From contig JBBROA010000004.1 of the NCBI GenBank assembly GCA_038229875.1, positions 161 to 64,160 on the forward strand: a stretch of 64,000 nt of DNA. Reading direction: 5' to 3'. Each line of letters starts with the position of its first letter. Position 1 is the stretch's first letter. The notes under the pieces were generated by a model that worked only from the letters and a program-made list of their open reading frames with translations, did not search any database and was not told the DNA's origin. This DNA is from Thermoanaerobaculia bacterium (GTDB lineage: Bacteria > Acidobacteriota > Thermoanaerobaculia > UBA5066 > Gp7-AA6). Of this stretch, positions 30,730 through 38,653 are shown one piece after another. Position numbers and translations under genes: made by a program.

Positions 30730-32760
30730 ATGTGGATGAAACGCCTGGCCCTCGCGGCGGTGACGGCGGCTCTCCTGCCGCTGTCCGGAGACGCGCTCCC
30801 GGCGGGCGCTTCGAGGATCGCCGGGACCCGCCCGGCTGACCCCCTCGCGGCGGAAATCGAGCGCTGGGCCGCGGTCCTCGAGAAGAGCCCCGCGACCGAC
30901 GAGATCTCGGCGGACGCCAGAAAGAACGGAGTCCCGGCGCTCGAGCGCGCGCGCCAGGCGCTCCGCGATGGCCGCCGCCTCCTCGCGCTCCAGCGGCTCG
31001 GGAGCGCGCGGATGCAGATCGAGGCCGTGGAGTATCTCGAGAAACGGCCGGCCGGTCAGCGCAGGGACGTGACGCTCTTCGAGGCGGAGTGGAAGCGCGT
31101 CGGCAGGTCGATTGAGGCAGACCTAGCGCCTCCCGCGCCGGACCGGTTCGCGAGCGTGCGCTCCGCCGCCATTCGCGCAATCGCGGAATCGACATTCGGA
31201 CAGGTGCGTCCCCATTACGAGGCGAGCCTGGACTACGGTCGGAGCACGACGCCTGACAGCGGCCTGATCTATCTGGGGACCGCGTTGTCGCAGCGCGAGT
31301 TCGCGGCGTTCTGCCGGACCCTTCCACCGGAACGGGCCGGGCAGGCGCCCCGGATGCGCAGCCTGGCTCCGGAGCTCGATCGATTCGAGGCGCGGCTTCT
31401 CGCGGCATACCGGCCGCCCGCCTCGATCGACCGCCACACCGATTTCATCATCAGCAGCGCCTCCCTGAAAGACGCGAGAGAGCTCGACGCGGCCGGACTC
31501 CGGTACGGGGCGCTGCTCCGCTACCTGCAGGCGGCTCAGCGCTTCGGCACGCTCGGGCCGCCTGAAACAGACCTCGCGGCGCTCAAGACGCGTCTGGCGG
31601 AGATCCAGTCGGCGCTGGCGGCGAGCGCGTCGGACGAGAGCGTCGGCCGTCTCTTCGTCGAAGCGGCCCAGGCGGACCTCTCGACGGAAGGCTCTACGGG
31701 CGTCGCGGCATCCGCAATCGTGCGTGACGTTCTGCCGCTCTACACCGCCGCTCTTCAGCCCCCGCCGCCTGTCGCGGCTCGCCTGAGCCCCGAAGCCGTC
31801 GTCACGGTGACCCTGGTCCGCTGGCCCTACACGTGAAACCTGTCCGACCCGGCAAGTTTGCTGGCACAGAGCGTGGTGGCGGGGTTCGGAGGAAAGGCGC
31901 GCTTCGTGTCGGAAAATTACGGGGACTCCGCGCTGGCGAAAAGATTCGGCGTGACGCGGTACCCCGCGATCTTCGTCGACGACGTTCTCGCCGCGACGCC
32001 GAAGGACTTCGGCTTCTACGGCAAGGGGGAAGGCGAGGGCGGCGGGCGCTACACTCCGTTGAAGAGCCCGGAAGCCCACGAGCGTTTCCGGTCCGATCTG
32101 ACGAAGATGGTCGATCTCGTTTTGGCCGGAAAGAAGGACGCCGCGCGCGCGCAGGCGCCCGCCCCCGAGGCCGCGGAGATTCCGTCACTTCCGGCTCTCT
32201 CGCTCACCGATCTCGACGGAAAAAAGCTCTCGCGCGAGGATCTCGCCGGGCGCGTGGTCTTAGTCGAGTTCTGGGCGACCTGGTGCCCGCCGTGCCGCGG
32301 CACCCTCGAGTGGCTCGGGGAGCTAGCGAAACGCCACGGCGACAGGGTCGCGGTCGTCGCCGTCGCTGTCGAGTCCGACGAGGCGAAGGTGAAAAAGCTA
32401 GCCGGCGACCTGCGCCTCCCGTTCTTCTGGACGATGGGAACCCCGGACCTCGCCCGGAGTCTCGGCGACGTGAGCGGGCTTCCGACGCTCTTCGTTTTCG
32501 ACCCGAACGGGAAGACGTCCGGGGTGTTCTTCGGGGCGCCGCCGGATCTGCATGAACGGGCCGAGCGGGCGGTAGAGGTTGCCGTCGCTGCCGTCGCCTC
32601 CGCTCACTCCGGGACGTGCCGTTCGCTGCCGCGAACGGCACCGGCGAGCGGCTCGCCTGTTGGCTCGACCGCTCGCCTCGTCCCTGCGTTCGCTGCGGCT
32701 CCCGCCCCGAGAGGCTCCTCCGTCCCTTCGGTCAGGAGACTCCTTTCGGGGCGAGCTTAG
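30730..32760 (+). CDS. candidate selenoprotein: exported protein with an unknown N-domain, a thioredoxin-fold domain carrying U-N-L-S at the CxxC position (UGA 31834-31836), and a TlpA-like WCPPC domain
   Basis: ORFs 30625-31836 and 31858-32760 share one frame and are separated only by one TGA. Beta1 (VTVTLVRW) lies before the TGA. The rest of the fold (GFGGKARFVSENY..ALAKRFGVTRYPAIFV) lies after it. A conventional reading gives two ORFs and splits the fold. Confidence 0.5.
31840..31869 (+). promoter_or_regulatory. SECIS-like stem-loop 3' of the in-frame UGA
   Basis: Upper stem CCGGCA/UGCUGG (31849-54/31859-64), loop AGUU, lower stem CUGU/ACAG. Counting the U of UGA as 1, the loop G and U are at positions 23 and 24. 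Confidence 0.45.
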
Positions 32761-32826
32761 CCACCAGCTCGCCGGAAGCGCAGCTCCGCCCCCTCTCCCC
32801 GCGGGATTGTATGGACAGGGAGAGGG
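32703..32826. repeat. composite GC-rich structured repeat, copy 1 (long bulged hairpin + conserved linker + CCCTCTCCC/GGGAGAGGG palindrome)
   Basis: Hairpin 32703-32718/32735-32753; GAAGCGCAGCTC at 32775; palindrome arms 32791-32799/32818-32826. Homologous to 59711-59810. Confidence 0.7.
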
Positions 32827-32912
32827 TTGGGGTGATGGGCGCAGAAGGTGACAGCCGTACCGGTTGCGGTTTGCAGCGTTTCCCGGCTCGTTCGTTCCTG
32901 GCGTGGTGTTAA

Positions 32913-33515
32913 GTGGAGGGCATGTTCAGAGAAGGAACGGATGAGCGGGCGGGGGAAGATTTTCCGCAGTCGCCCCCGGTCAGCATCCGGCCCTATCGTG
33001 TCGACGACGCGGAGCGCGTCTTCGAGGCGGTGCGGGAATCGATTGCGGAAATTTCGCCGTGGATGCCCTGGTGCCATCCCGGGTATGCCATCGAGGAGAC
33101 TCGGAATTGGATTGCGCATTGCGGCGTCGTTTGGCGCGACGGGCGCGAGTTCAACTTCGTGATCGAGGATCGAGCCGGCGCTTTTCTCGGCGCCTGCGGC
33201 TTGAATCAGATACGGAGGGGAGACCGGCTGGCGAACCTCGGGTACTGGGTCCGGACTTCAGCGTCCGGGCGCGGGGTGGCGACTGCGGGCGTGCGCTGCC
33301 TGGCGGATTTTGCGTTTGGTGCGGCGGGGCTCGAGCGGCTGGAGATCATTGCGGCGGTAGGGAACGTCGCGAGTCAGCGCGTTGCCGAAAAATGCGGCGC
33401 GCGGCGGGAGGGGCTCGTGGCGGATCGGCTGTTTCTGCGCGGGGTGCGCCATCCGGCGGTGGTGCTTGTCCTGGAGAGAGGATCCCGGCCGGTGACCCGG
33501 ACGGGTGGCGAGTAG
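32913..33515 (+). CDS. GNAT (RimJ/RimL-type) N-acetyltransferase
   Basis: IRPYRVDDAERVFEAV...NLGYWVRTSASGRGVATA...NVASQRVAEKCGARREG. Confidence 0.8.
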   Translation: MEGMFREGTDERAGEDFPQSPPVSIRPYRVDDAERVFEAVRESIAEISPWMPWCHPGYAIEETRNWIAHCGVVWRDGREFNFVIEDRAGAFLGACGLNQIRRGDRLANLGYWVRTSASGRGVATAGVRCLADFAFGAAGLERLEIIAAVGNVASQRVAEKCGARREGLVADRLFLRGVRHPAVVLVLERGSRPVTRTGGE

Positions 33516-33537
33516 AGAACGCGGAATCGTCCTAGAA

Positions 33538-34239
33538 TTGCGGCGACTTTGCGGAGCGGCCATTCGAAAAATCATCTGCTTCCTGGCGTTGAGCGCCGAC
33601 GGGTACATCGCCCGCGCCGACGGAGACGTCGCGTGGCTGGACCGGCCCGGAACCGCGGGAGACTACGGGATGGCGAAGTTCTACGCTTCCGTGGACACCG
33701 TTCTTCTCGGCCGCAAGACCTGGGAGCTCGGAAAGAAGCTCGGTCAGACTTCGTTTCCCGGCAAGAAGAACTTCGTATTTTCGAGGACGCTCGAACCCTC
33801 CCGGGAGAGCGTGGGCGAGGTCGAGGTCGTGCGCGAAGACCCCGGCGAGTTCGCCTCGCGCCTGAAAAAAAAGAAGGGAAAGAGCATCTGGATGGTTGGC
33901 GGCGCGGGGCTGATTGCCTCTTTCCTCGATGCGGGCCAGATCGACGAGCTGATCCTTCATGTCATTCCGATCCTTCTCGGCGAGGGAATCCCGCTGATCG
34001 AGCCCCGGAGGCGGGACGTGCCGCTCGAGCTCGTCTCGTCGCGCGCCTACGAGGATGGAAGCGTCCAGCTGCACTATTCCGTGAGGCCCGCCATCGCCGG
34101 GCCGGACGCCGTGAGTCCGGCCCGGGCCGCGGGAGCCGTGAGGCGGGCCGGGGCCGCGGAAGCCGCGCAGCTGGCCGGGGCCGCCGAAGCCGCGCCCCGG
34201 GTCCCCGATCGAGTGCGTTCGCGCGCCAGGAAACGCTGA
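33538..34239 (+). CDS. dihydrofolate-reductase-family (RibD C-terminal domain) protein with a repetitive Ala/Gly/Arg tail
   Basis: RKIICFLALSADGYIA...VDTVLLGRKTWE...IWMVGGAGLI...DELILHVIPILLGEGIPL. Start uncertain (TTG 33538). The tail is encoded by degenerate 27-30-nt repeats at 34081-34200. Confidence 0.75.
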   Translation: MRRLCGAAIRKIICFLALSADGYIARADGDVAWLDRPGTAGDYGMAKFYASVDTVLLGRKTWELGKKLGQTSFPGKKNFVFSRTLEPSRESVGEVEVVREDPGEFASRLKKKKGKSIWMVGGAGLIASFLDAGQIDELILHVIPILLGEGIPLIEPRRRDVPLELVSSRAYEDGSVQLHYSVRPAIAGPDAVSPARAAGAVRRAGAAEAAQLAGAAEAAPRVPDRVRSRARKR

Positions 34240-34272
34240 AGCTGACCCGAGCGCGCCACAAAGGAGAGACGC

Positions 34273-34680
34273 ATGCCGCTCGTGCGCATCGACGTGATCG
34301 AAGGACGGACCCGCCGCGAGCTCGACGCGATCGCGGACGGCGTCCACCAGGCGCTCGTCGCTTCGATCGGGATCCCGGCGGAGGACCGCTTCCAGGTGAT
34401 CTCGGAGCATCCTCCCGGATCGCTGGTCTTCGATGCCGGGTACCTCGGGATCAAACGCACCCGGGGCGTCGTCTTCATCCAGGTGACGATCTCCTCCGGG
34501 CGCTCGCTCGATCAGAAGCGGGCGCTTTACGCCGCGATCGCCGGGAACCTCTCGGCGAGCGCCGCCGTGCGGCCGGAGGACGTCCTCGTCAGCGTCGTGG
34601 AAGTTTCCCGGGAGAACTGGTCCTTCGGAAACGGCGCGGCCCAGTACGCCCCGCAAGTACCGGGCGCGGTGCGGTCGTGA
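34273..34680 (+). CDS. tautomerase-family protein (long 4-OT-like)
   Basis: MPLVRIDVIEGRT... N-terminal Pro after Met; 135 aa. Confidence 0.8.
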   Translation: MPLVRIDVIEGRTRRELDAIADGVHQALVASIGIPAEDRFQVISEHPPGSLVFDAGYLGIKRTRGVVFIQVTISSGRSLDQKRALYAAIAGNLSASAAVRPEDVLVSVVEVSRENWSFGNGAAQYAPQVPGAVRS

Positions 34681-35198
34681 CGGATCTCTCCTGGAGGTCG
34701 CCGAAGACGCGGGTCGGCGAAAGCGCGATTCAGGGCCGCGGGCTCTTTGCAGTCGAGCCGATCCCGGTGGGGGAGATCGTCGCGGTCAAGGGAGGAGCGA
34801 TCTTCGGACGCGCGGAGCTGGATGCGCTCGCGCCGCGGCTCGGGCCCGCGGAGATACAGGTCGCGGAGGGCCTGTTCATCGGCCCGGTGCTCGAAGAGGA
34901 TCGCGAGGGCGGCATGATCTTCAGCAATCACTCCTGCGAGCCGAACGTCGGCGTCGCCGGACAGATCATCTTCGTGGCCATGCGCGACATCGAGGCGGGT
35001 GAAGAGCTGACGCACGACTGGGCGATGACCGACGACGACACCTACGAAATGATCTGCCGCTGCGGTTCGGCTTCTTGCCGGAAAGTGGTGACGGGCCAGG
35101 ACTGGCGACGCCAGGACCTCCAGGAAAAATACGGCGACCACATGTCCTGGTACCTGCGGGAGAAATGGAAGCGCGCGATCGCGCCGGGACGTGGCTGA
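34677..35198 (+). CDS. SET-domain protein (putative lysine methyltransferase) with post-SET Cys cluster
   Basis: GTG overlaps the upstream stop (GTGA). GRGLFA, NHSCEPN, GEELTHDW, CRCGSASCRK. Confidence 0.85.
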   Translation: MTDLSWRSPKTRVGESAIQGRGLFAVEPIPVGEIVAVKGGAIFGRAELDALAPRLGPAEIQVAEGLFIGPVLEEDREGGMIFSNHSCEPNVGVAGQIIFVAMRDIEAGEELTHDWAMTDDDTYEMICRCGSASCRKVVTGQDWRRQDLQEKYGDHMSWYLREKWKRAIAPGRG

Positions 35199-35202
35199 CG
35201 AT

Positions 35203-35242
35203 CCGGCTGTCCGGCTGTCCGGCTGTCCGACGGTCCGACTGT
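35203..35242. repeat. tandem octanucleotide repeat (CCGGCTGT x3, then CCGACGGT and CCGACTGT)
   Basis: Read directly in the intergenic region between the SET gene and the next CDS. Confidence 0.9.
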
Positions 35243-35260
35243 TCTAGAATCACCCCGCCC

Positions 35261-35800
35261 ATGCTCCGCCGCTCACCGTCACGCCCCTGGAAAGCCGCCG
35301 CTGCCGCTCTGCTCGCGGCGGGCGTTCTCTGCGCGCAGGACTTCACCGAGTGGGTCCTCTTTTCGCCGCCGAAGGCTCGATTTTCCGTCCGCCTTCCCGG
35401 CACTCCGTCGCAACAGGTGGACGCGGCGACGGGAACGCACAGTTTCGAGCTGCGCTCGGGCGATCAGCGGACGATGGTCTCGTGGACGGATCTCCCGAAA
35501 CCTGCCCGCGGGCAGAAAGCCGCGAAACCCGAGCAGGTGCTCGAAGAGACGCGCGACCGCTTCCTGAAGCTCCTACCGGACTCGAAGCTGATCTCCTCCG
35601 GCCCCGCGACCGTCGGGGGATCTCCCGGGATCGTCTGGGTCCTCGAGACGAATCCGGAAAACCGCGGAGCACTCCGGATGAAGGGCGCCGCGGCCGTCTC
35701 GAAGGGGCGCGTCTTCACGCTCGGCCGCATGGCCGGCCGGTACGGCTTCGACGAGGACGCGGCAGACCGCTGGATGGCGACCTTTCAGATCCTGAAATAA
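35261..35800 (+). CDS. hypothetical exported protein
   Basis: Signal peptide (MLRRSPSRPWKAAAAALLAAGVLCAQ). No recognised family. Confidence 0.55.
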   Translation: MLRRSPSRPWKAAAAALLAAGVLCAQDFTEWVLFSPPKARFSVRLPGTPSQQVDAATGTHSFELRSGDQRTMVSWTDLPKPARGQKAAKPEQVLEETRDRFLKLLPDSKLISSGPATVGGSPGIVWVLETNPENRGALRMKGAAAVSKGRVFTLGRMAGRYGFDEDAADRWMATFQILK

Positions 35801-35868
35801 GACGGCGAACGAGCGACCCCGCGCGGTCTCGGCGCTCTACCGCTCTACCAGTCCGCGGAGATGAACGG

Positions 35869-36225
35869 ATGATCGACGTGGTGCTGAAACGTTTCGAAGC
35901 TCCCGATGAGACGCGGACGTTCGCGAAAAGCCGCTTCGAGACCGTGCGGCTCGGGGGAATGACGATCGGCCGCGCGACGTACGAACCCGGCTGGAAGTGG
36001 TCGGAGCACGTCGGCCGCGACCTCGGCCAGTCTCGATGTGCGGTGGGCCACGTCGGCATGGTCGTCTCAGGCGCGGCGGTCGCCGCGTTCGAGAACGGCC
36101 AGGTGACCGATCTTCGGGCCGGAAGTCTGTTCGCGATCCCCGCGATCCCGCACGACAGCTGGGTCGTCGGATCCGAGCCGTACGTCTCGCTGCATTTTCT
36201 GGGTGCGGAGACGTACACGCGCTGA
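35869..36225 (+). CDS. cupin-domain protein
   Basis: 118 aa; GGMTIGRATYEPGWKWSEH...GHVGMVVSG...HDSWVVG beta-barrel pattern. Confidence 0.75.
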   Translation: MIDVVLKRFEAPDETRTFAKSRFETVRLGGMTIGRATYEPGWKWSEHVGRDLGQSRCAVGHVGMVVSGAAVAAFENGQVTDLRAGSLFAIPAIPHDSWVVGSEPYVSLHFLGAETYTR

Positions 36226-36307
36226 ATGGGTTTCAAGGGTAAGAGGCCCGGTGTGAGGCGTCCGTGAGGCGTCCGTAAGCCGGTCTGAGAAGCGGAGGCA
36301 CGACGAC

Positions 36308-36793
36308 ATGACCGAATCCGACGGCGTCCGCGAGCTCCTTCGCCATGCCGTGGCGACGCTCGCGTACCGGGGCGGGAAAGCCGTGCGTGGCGCGCCTGCG
36401 GGTTTCTCCGCCTTTCGACCGCAGGAGGGGACGCGCACGCCGGGGGACATCCTCGCTCACATCGGAGACCTCCTCGACTGGTCCGTTTCCCTGCTGGGCG
36501 GAGAGCGCGTCTGGAAGGAGACGCCGCCGGCGGCCTGGGACTCGGACGTGCAGAGGTTCTTCCGGGGGCTCGCGGAGCTCGATCGCGTACTCACCTCGAC
36601 GGACTTCGCGGGTTGTCCCGCGGAGAAGCTATTTCAGGGTCCCGTCGCCGACGCCCTCACGCACGTCGGCCAGATCGTGATATTGCGCCGCCTCGCGGGG
36701 AGTCCGATGCGCTCCGAGAGCTATTTCAAAGCGGACATCGCCGTGGGCCGCATCGGTCCCGAACAGACCCCTCCGCGTCTCGAGTTCGACTGA
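36308..36793 (+). CDS. DinB-like four-helix-bundle protein
   Basis: DILAHIGDLLDW ... VADALTHVGQIVILRR His-containing helices. Family assignment tentative. Confidence 0.55.
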   Translation: MTESDGVRELLRHAVATLAYRGGKAVRGAPAGFSAFRPQEGTRTPGDILAHIGDLLDWSVSLLGGERVWKETPPAAWDSDVQRFFRGLAELDRVLTSTDFAGCPAEKLFQGPVADALTHVGQIVILRRLAGSPMRSESYFKADIAVGRIGPEQTPPRLEFD

Positions 36794-36863
36794 CGGATTT
36801 CTCCCGGCTCCGCCGCTGTTCTTCCCTCTGAAATAATCGAAAGACAGGAAGCCGGAGCAACCC

Positions 36864-37556
36864 ATGGCGGAAACGGATCTCGAGCTCTTCGAGGCGGTGA
36901 AGTCCGGCCGTCAGGCCGAGGTGGAAGCGCTGCTCGACTTGGACCGGCGGCTTCTCGCGGCGCGAGTCCCCAACGGTCCTTCGGCGATATTGCTCGCGGC
37001 CTACTACCGGCATCCCGAGGTCGCCGAAGTCTTCGTCGCGCGCGGCGCGGCGCTCGACGTGTTCGAAGCGTCCGCGTTCGGAAAGGTCGATCTCCTCCGG
37101 CGGTTGCTCGAGGAGGACCCGTCCCGGGTGAATGCCTGGTCCCCGGACGGCTTCTTCCCGCTCGGGCTCGCGGCGTTCTTCGGCCACCCCGAGGCCGTTC
37201 GGATTCTCCTCGCGGCGGGCGCGGACGTGTCGGCGACCGCGAAGAACGCGATGCGCGTGCAGTCGCTGCACGCGGCCGCCGCTTCCCACAATCCGGTCTC
37301 GGTCCGTCTGCTCCTCGAGGCGGGCGCCGATCCAAACGCGGTTCAGCAGGCCGGCTATGTCGCCCTCCACGAGGCGGCGGGCGAAGGGGACATCGCGCTC
37401 GTGCAGTTACTGGTGGCGCACGGCGCTCGGACGGACGCCCGCGCCGAGGATGGAAGAACGGCTGCGGAGATGGCGCGGGCAAAGGGGCATGCCGCCGTGG
37501 CGGAGTTGCTGGAGTCGCGACCGCGAATCGCGAATCGCGAATCGCGAATCGGATGA
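36864..37556 (+). CDS. ankyrin-repeat protein
   Basis: Repeated G..PL..AA..GH.E.V..LL..GAD units. The 3' end is encoded by a heptanucleotide tandem repeat. Confidence 0.85.
   Translation: MAETDLELFEAVKSGRQAEVEALLDLDRRLLAARVPNGPSAILLAAYYRHPEVAEVFVARGAALDVFEASAFGKVDLLRRLLEEDPSRVNAWSPDGFFPLGLAAFFGHPEAVRILLAAGADVSATAKNAMRVQSLHAAAASHNPVSVRLLLEAGADPNAVQQAGYVALHEAAGEGDIALVQLLVAHGARTDARAEDGRTAAEMARAKGHAAVAELLESRPRIANRESRIG
37522..37549. repeat. tandem heptanucleotide repeat (CGCGAAT x4) at the 3' end of the ankyrin gene
   Basis: Read directly. Encodes ...RIANRESRIG* and ends 5 nt before the stop codon. Confidence 0.9.
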
Positions 37557-37584
37557 TGGCGGTCATCGTGACGGACGATCATTG

Positions 37585-37953
37585 ATGACGGCGCTTCCGG
37601 CCCCGCGTCCGTCCGCGATGTCGGCGCTCTTCGCCGGCCGCGATCCCGCGATCTTCACTCTCTTCGAGCTGCTCGAGAACCTCGTTCGTCGAAGCGGACC
37701 CTTCAAGGTCGTGGCAGACAAGTCCCGGATCGTCTTCGAAGCCCGGCGGCCTTTCCTGATCGTCTCTCCCCGTCAGATGCATCTGATCGGACAGCTCGTC
37801 CTCGACCGCCGGCTGCCCCATCCGCGGTTCCAGAAGATCGGCACGACTCCGGAAGGCCGCGTCGCGCACCACTTCTGCCTGGAGCGCCCCGACGAGCTCG
37901 ACGCGCAGTTCGAGGAGTGGATCCGCGAGGCCTACGCCATCGGAAGCGCGTGA
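37585..37953 (+). CDS. DUF5655-like protein
   Basis: 122 aa from the internal ATG; FELLENLVRRSGPFKVVADKSRIVFEARRPF...EEWIREAY. Family call tentative. Confidence 0.6.
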   Translation: MTALPAPRPSAMSALFAGRDPAIFTLFELLENLVRRSGPFKVVADKSRIVFEARRPFLIVSPRQMHLIGQLVLDRRLPHPRFQKIGTTPEGRVAHHFCLERPDELDAQFEEWIREAYAIGSA

Positions 37954-38034
37954 CGTCGCCGCTTTGCTTCGCCCCGTAACGGCCGTCTGAATCCCGCCTC
38001 GCAGGCGCGCTCTATTTGCGGAGGAGGTGCGGCA

Positions 38035-38517
38035 ATGACGGACTTCGATCGTCTCTTCTCCTACGAGCACTGGGCCAATCGCGAGGCGCTCGCGTCGGTT
38101 CGAGCCGCAGGCTCTCCTCCAGAGAAGGCCCGGAAGATCCTCGGGCACCTCGTCGGAACGGGCCGCCTCTGGTTGTCGCGCATCGAAGGGACGGAGAAGC
38201 CCGCGATCTGGCCCGACCTTTCGGTCGACGAGTGCGCGGCGGGTTTCGACGACCTCGCCGTCCGGTGGGCCGCGCTTCTGAGCCGGCCGACGCCGGAAGA
38301 TCTGTCGCGCGTCGCGACCTACACGAACAGCAAGGGAGAGCCGTGGTCGAGTTCCGTGTCTGACATCCTGACGCACGTCGTTTTTCATTCCGCGTACCAC
38401 CGCGGCCAGATCGCGACCGTGATGCGCGAGGCGGGATTCGAGCCCGCGTACACGGACTTCATCGAGGCGGCGCGGCGGGGGAGGCTTGACCGGACCCGGA
38501 CTTCGCCGTCTGCGTAG
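38035..38517 (+). CDS. DinB-family (damage-inducible DinB-like) protein
   Basis: LFSYEHWANREAL...ILTHVVFHSAYHRGQIATVMR. Confidence 0.85.
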   Translation: MTDFDRLFSYEHWANREALASVRAAGSPPEKARKILGHLVGTGRLWLSRIEGTEKPAIWPDLSVDECAAGFDDLAVRWAALLSRPTPEDLSRVATYTNSKGEPWSSSVSDILTHVVFHSAYHRGQIATVMREAGFEPAYTDFIEAARRGRLDRTRTSPSA

Positions 38518-38601
38518 GGAGACCGGCGGCTCGCCCCCTGGACACATTTAAGGCGGAAGGTTTGCCCCAGGGGCGCGAGGCGTAGCCGCCGCTTCACCCA
38601 A

Positions 38602-38626
38602 CCCTCTCCCGGGCACGGGGAGAGGG
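38602..38626. repeat. REP-like palindrome CCCTCTCCC-N-GGGGAGAGGG preceded by TCACCCAA
   Basis: The same arm sequences occur at 32791-32826 (opposite orientation) and 49765-49790. It abuts the transposon target duplication. Confidence 0.7.
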
Positions 38627-38634
38627 ATAGACCG

Positions 38635-38652
38635 GGTAGTGGTCTAGTTTGA
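38635..38652. repeat. terminal inverted repeat (one end), flanked by target duplication ATAGACCG at 38627-38634
   Basis: Exact reverse complement of 42111-42128. Confidence 0.9.
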
Positions 38653-38653
38653 G

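Noticed and set aside
29004-31408. Long ORFs 29004-30611 (+), 29485-30591 (-) and 30236-31408 (-)
   Set aside because: Alternative frames or antisense of the ADOP permease and the candidate selenoprotein gene. The composition is Arg/Pro/Gly-rich low complexity with no motifs.
34081-34200. Degenerate 27-30-nt tandem repeats (GTGAGGC... x3-4) as a possible CRISPR-like or regulatory array
   Set aside because: The units are contiguous with no spacers, they are imperfect, and they lie in-frame at the 3' end of the DHFR-family gene. They are best explained as a low-complexity coding tail.
36721-37566. 281-aa and 214-aa minus-strand ORFs over the ankyrin gene
   Set aside because: Antisense to a gene with clear ankyrin repeats, with low-complexity composition.
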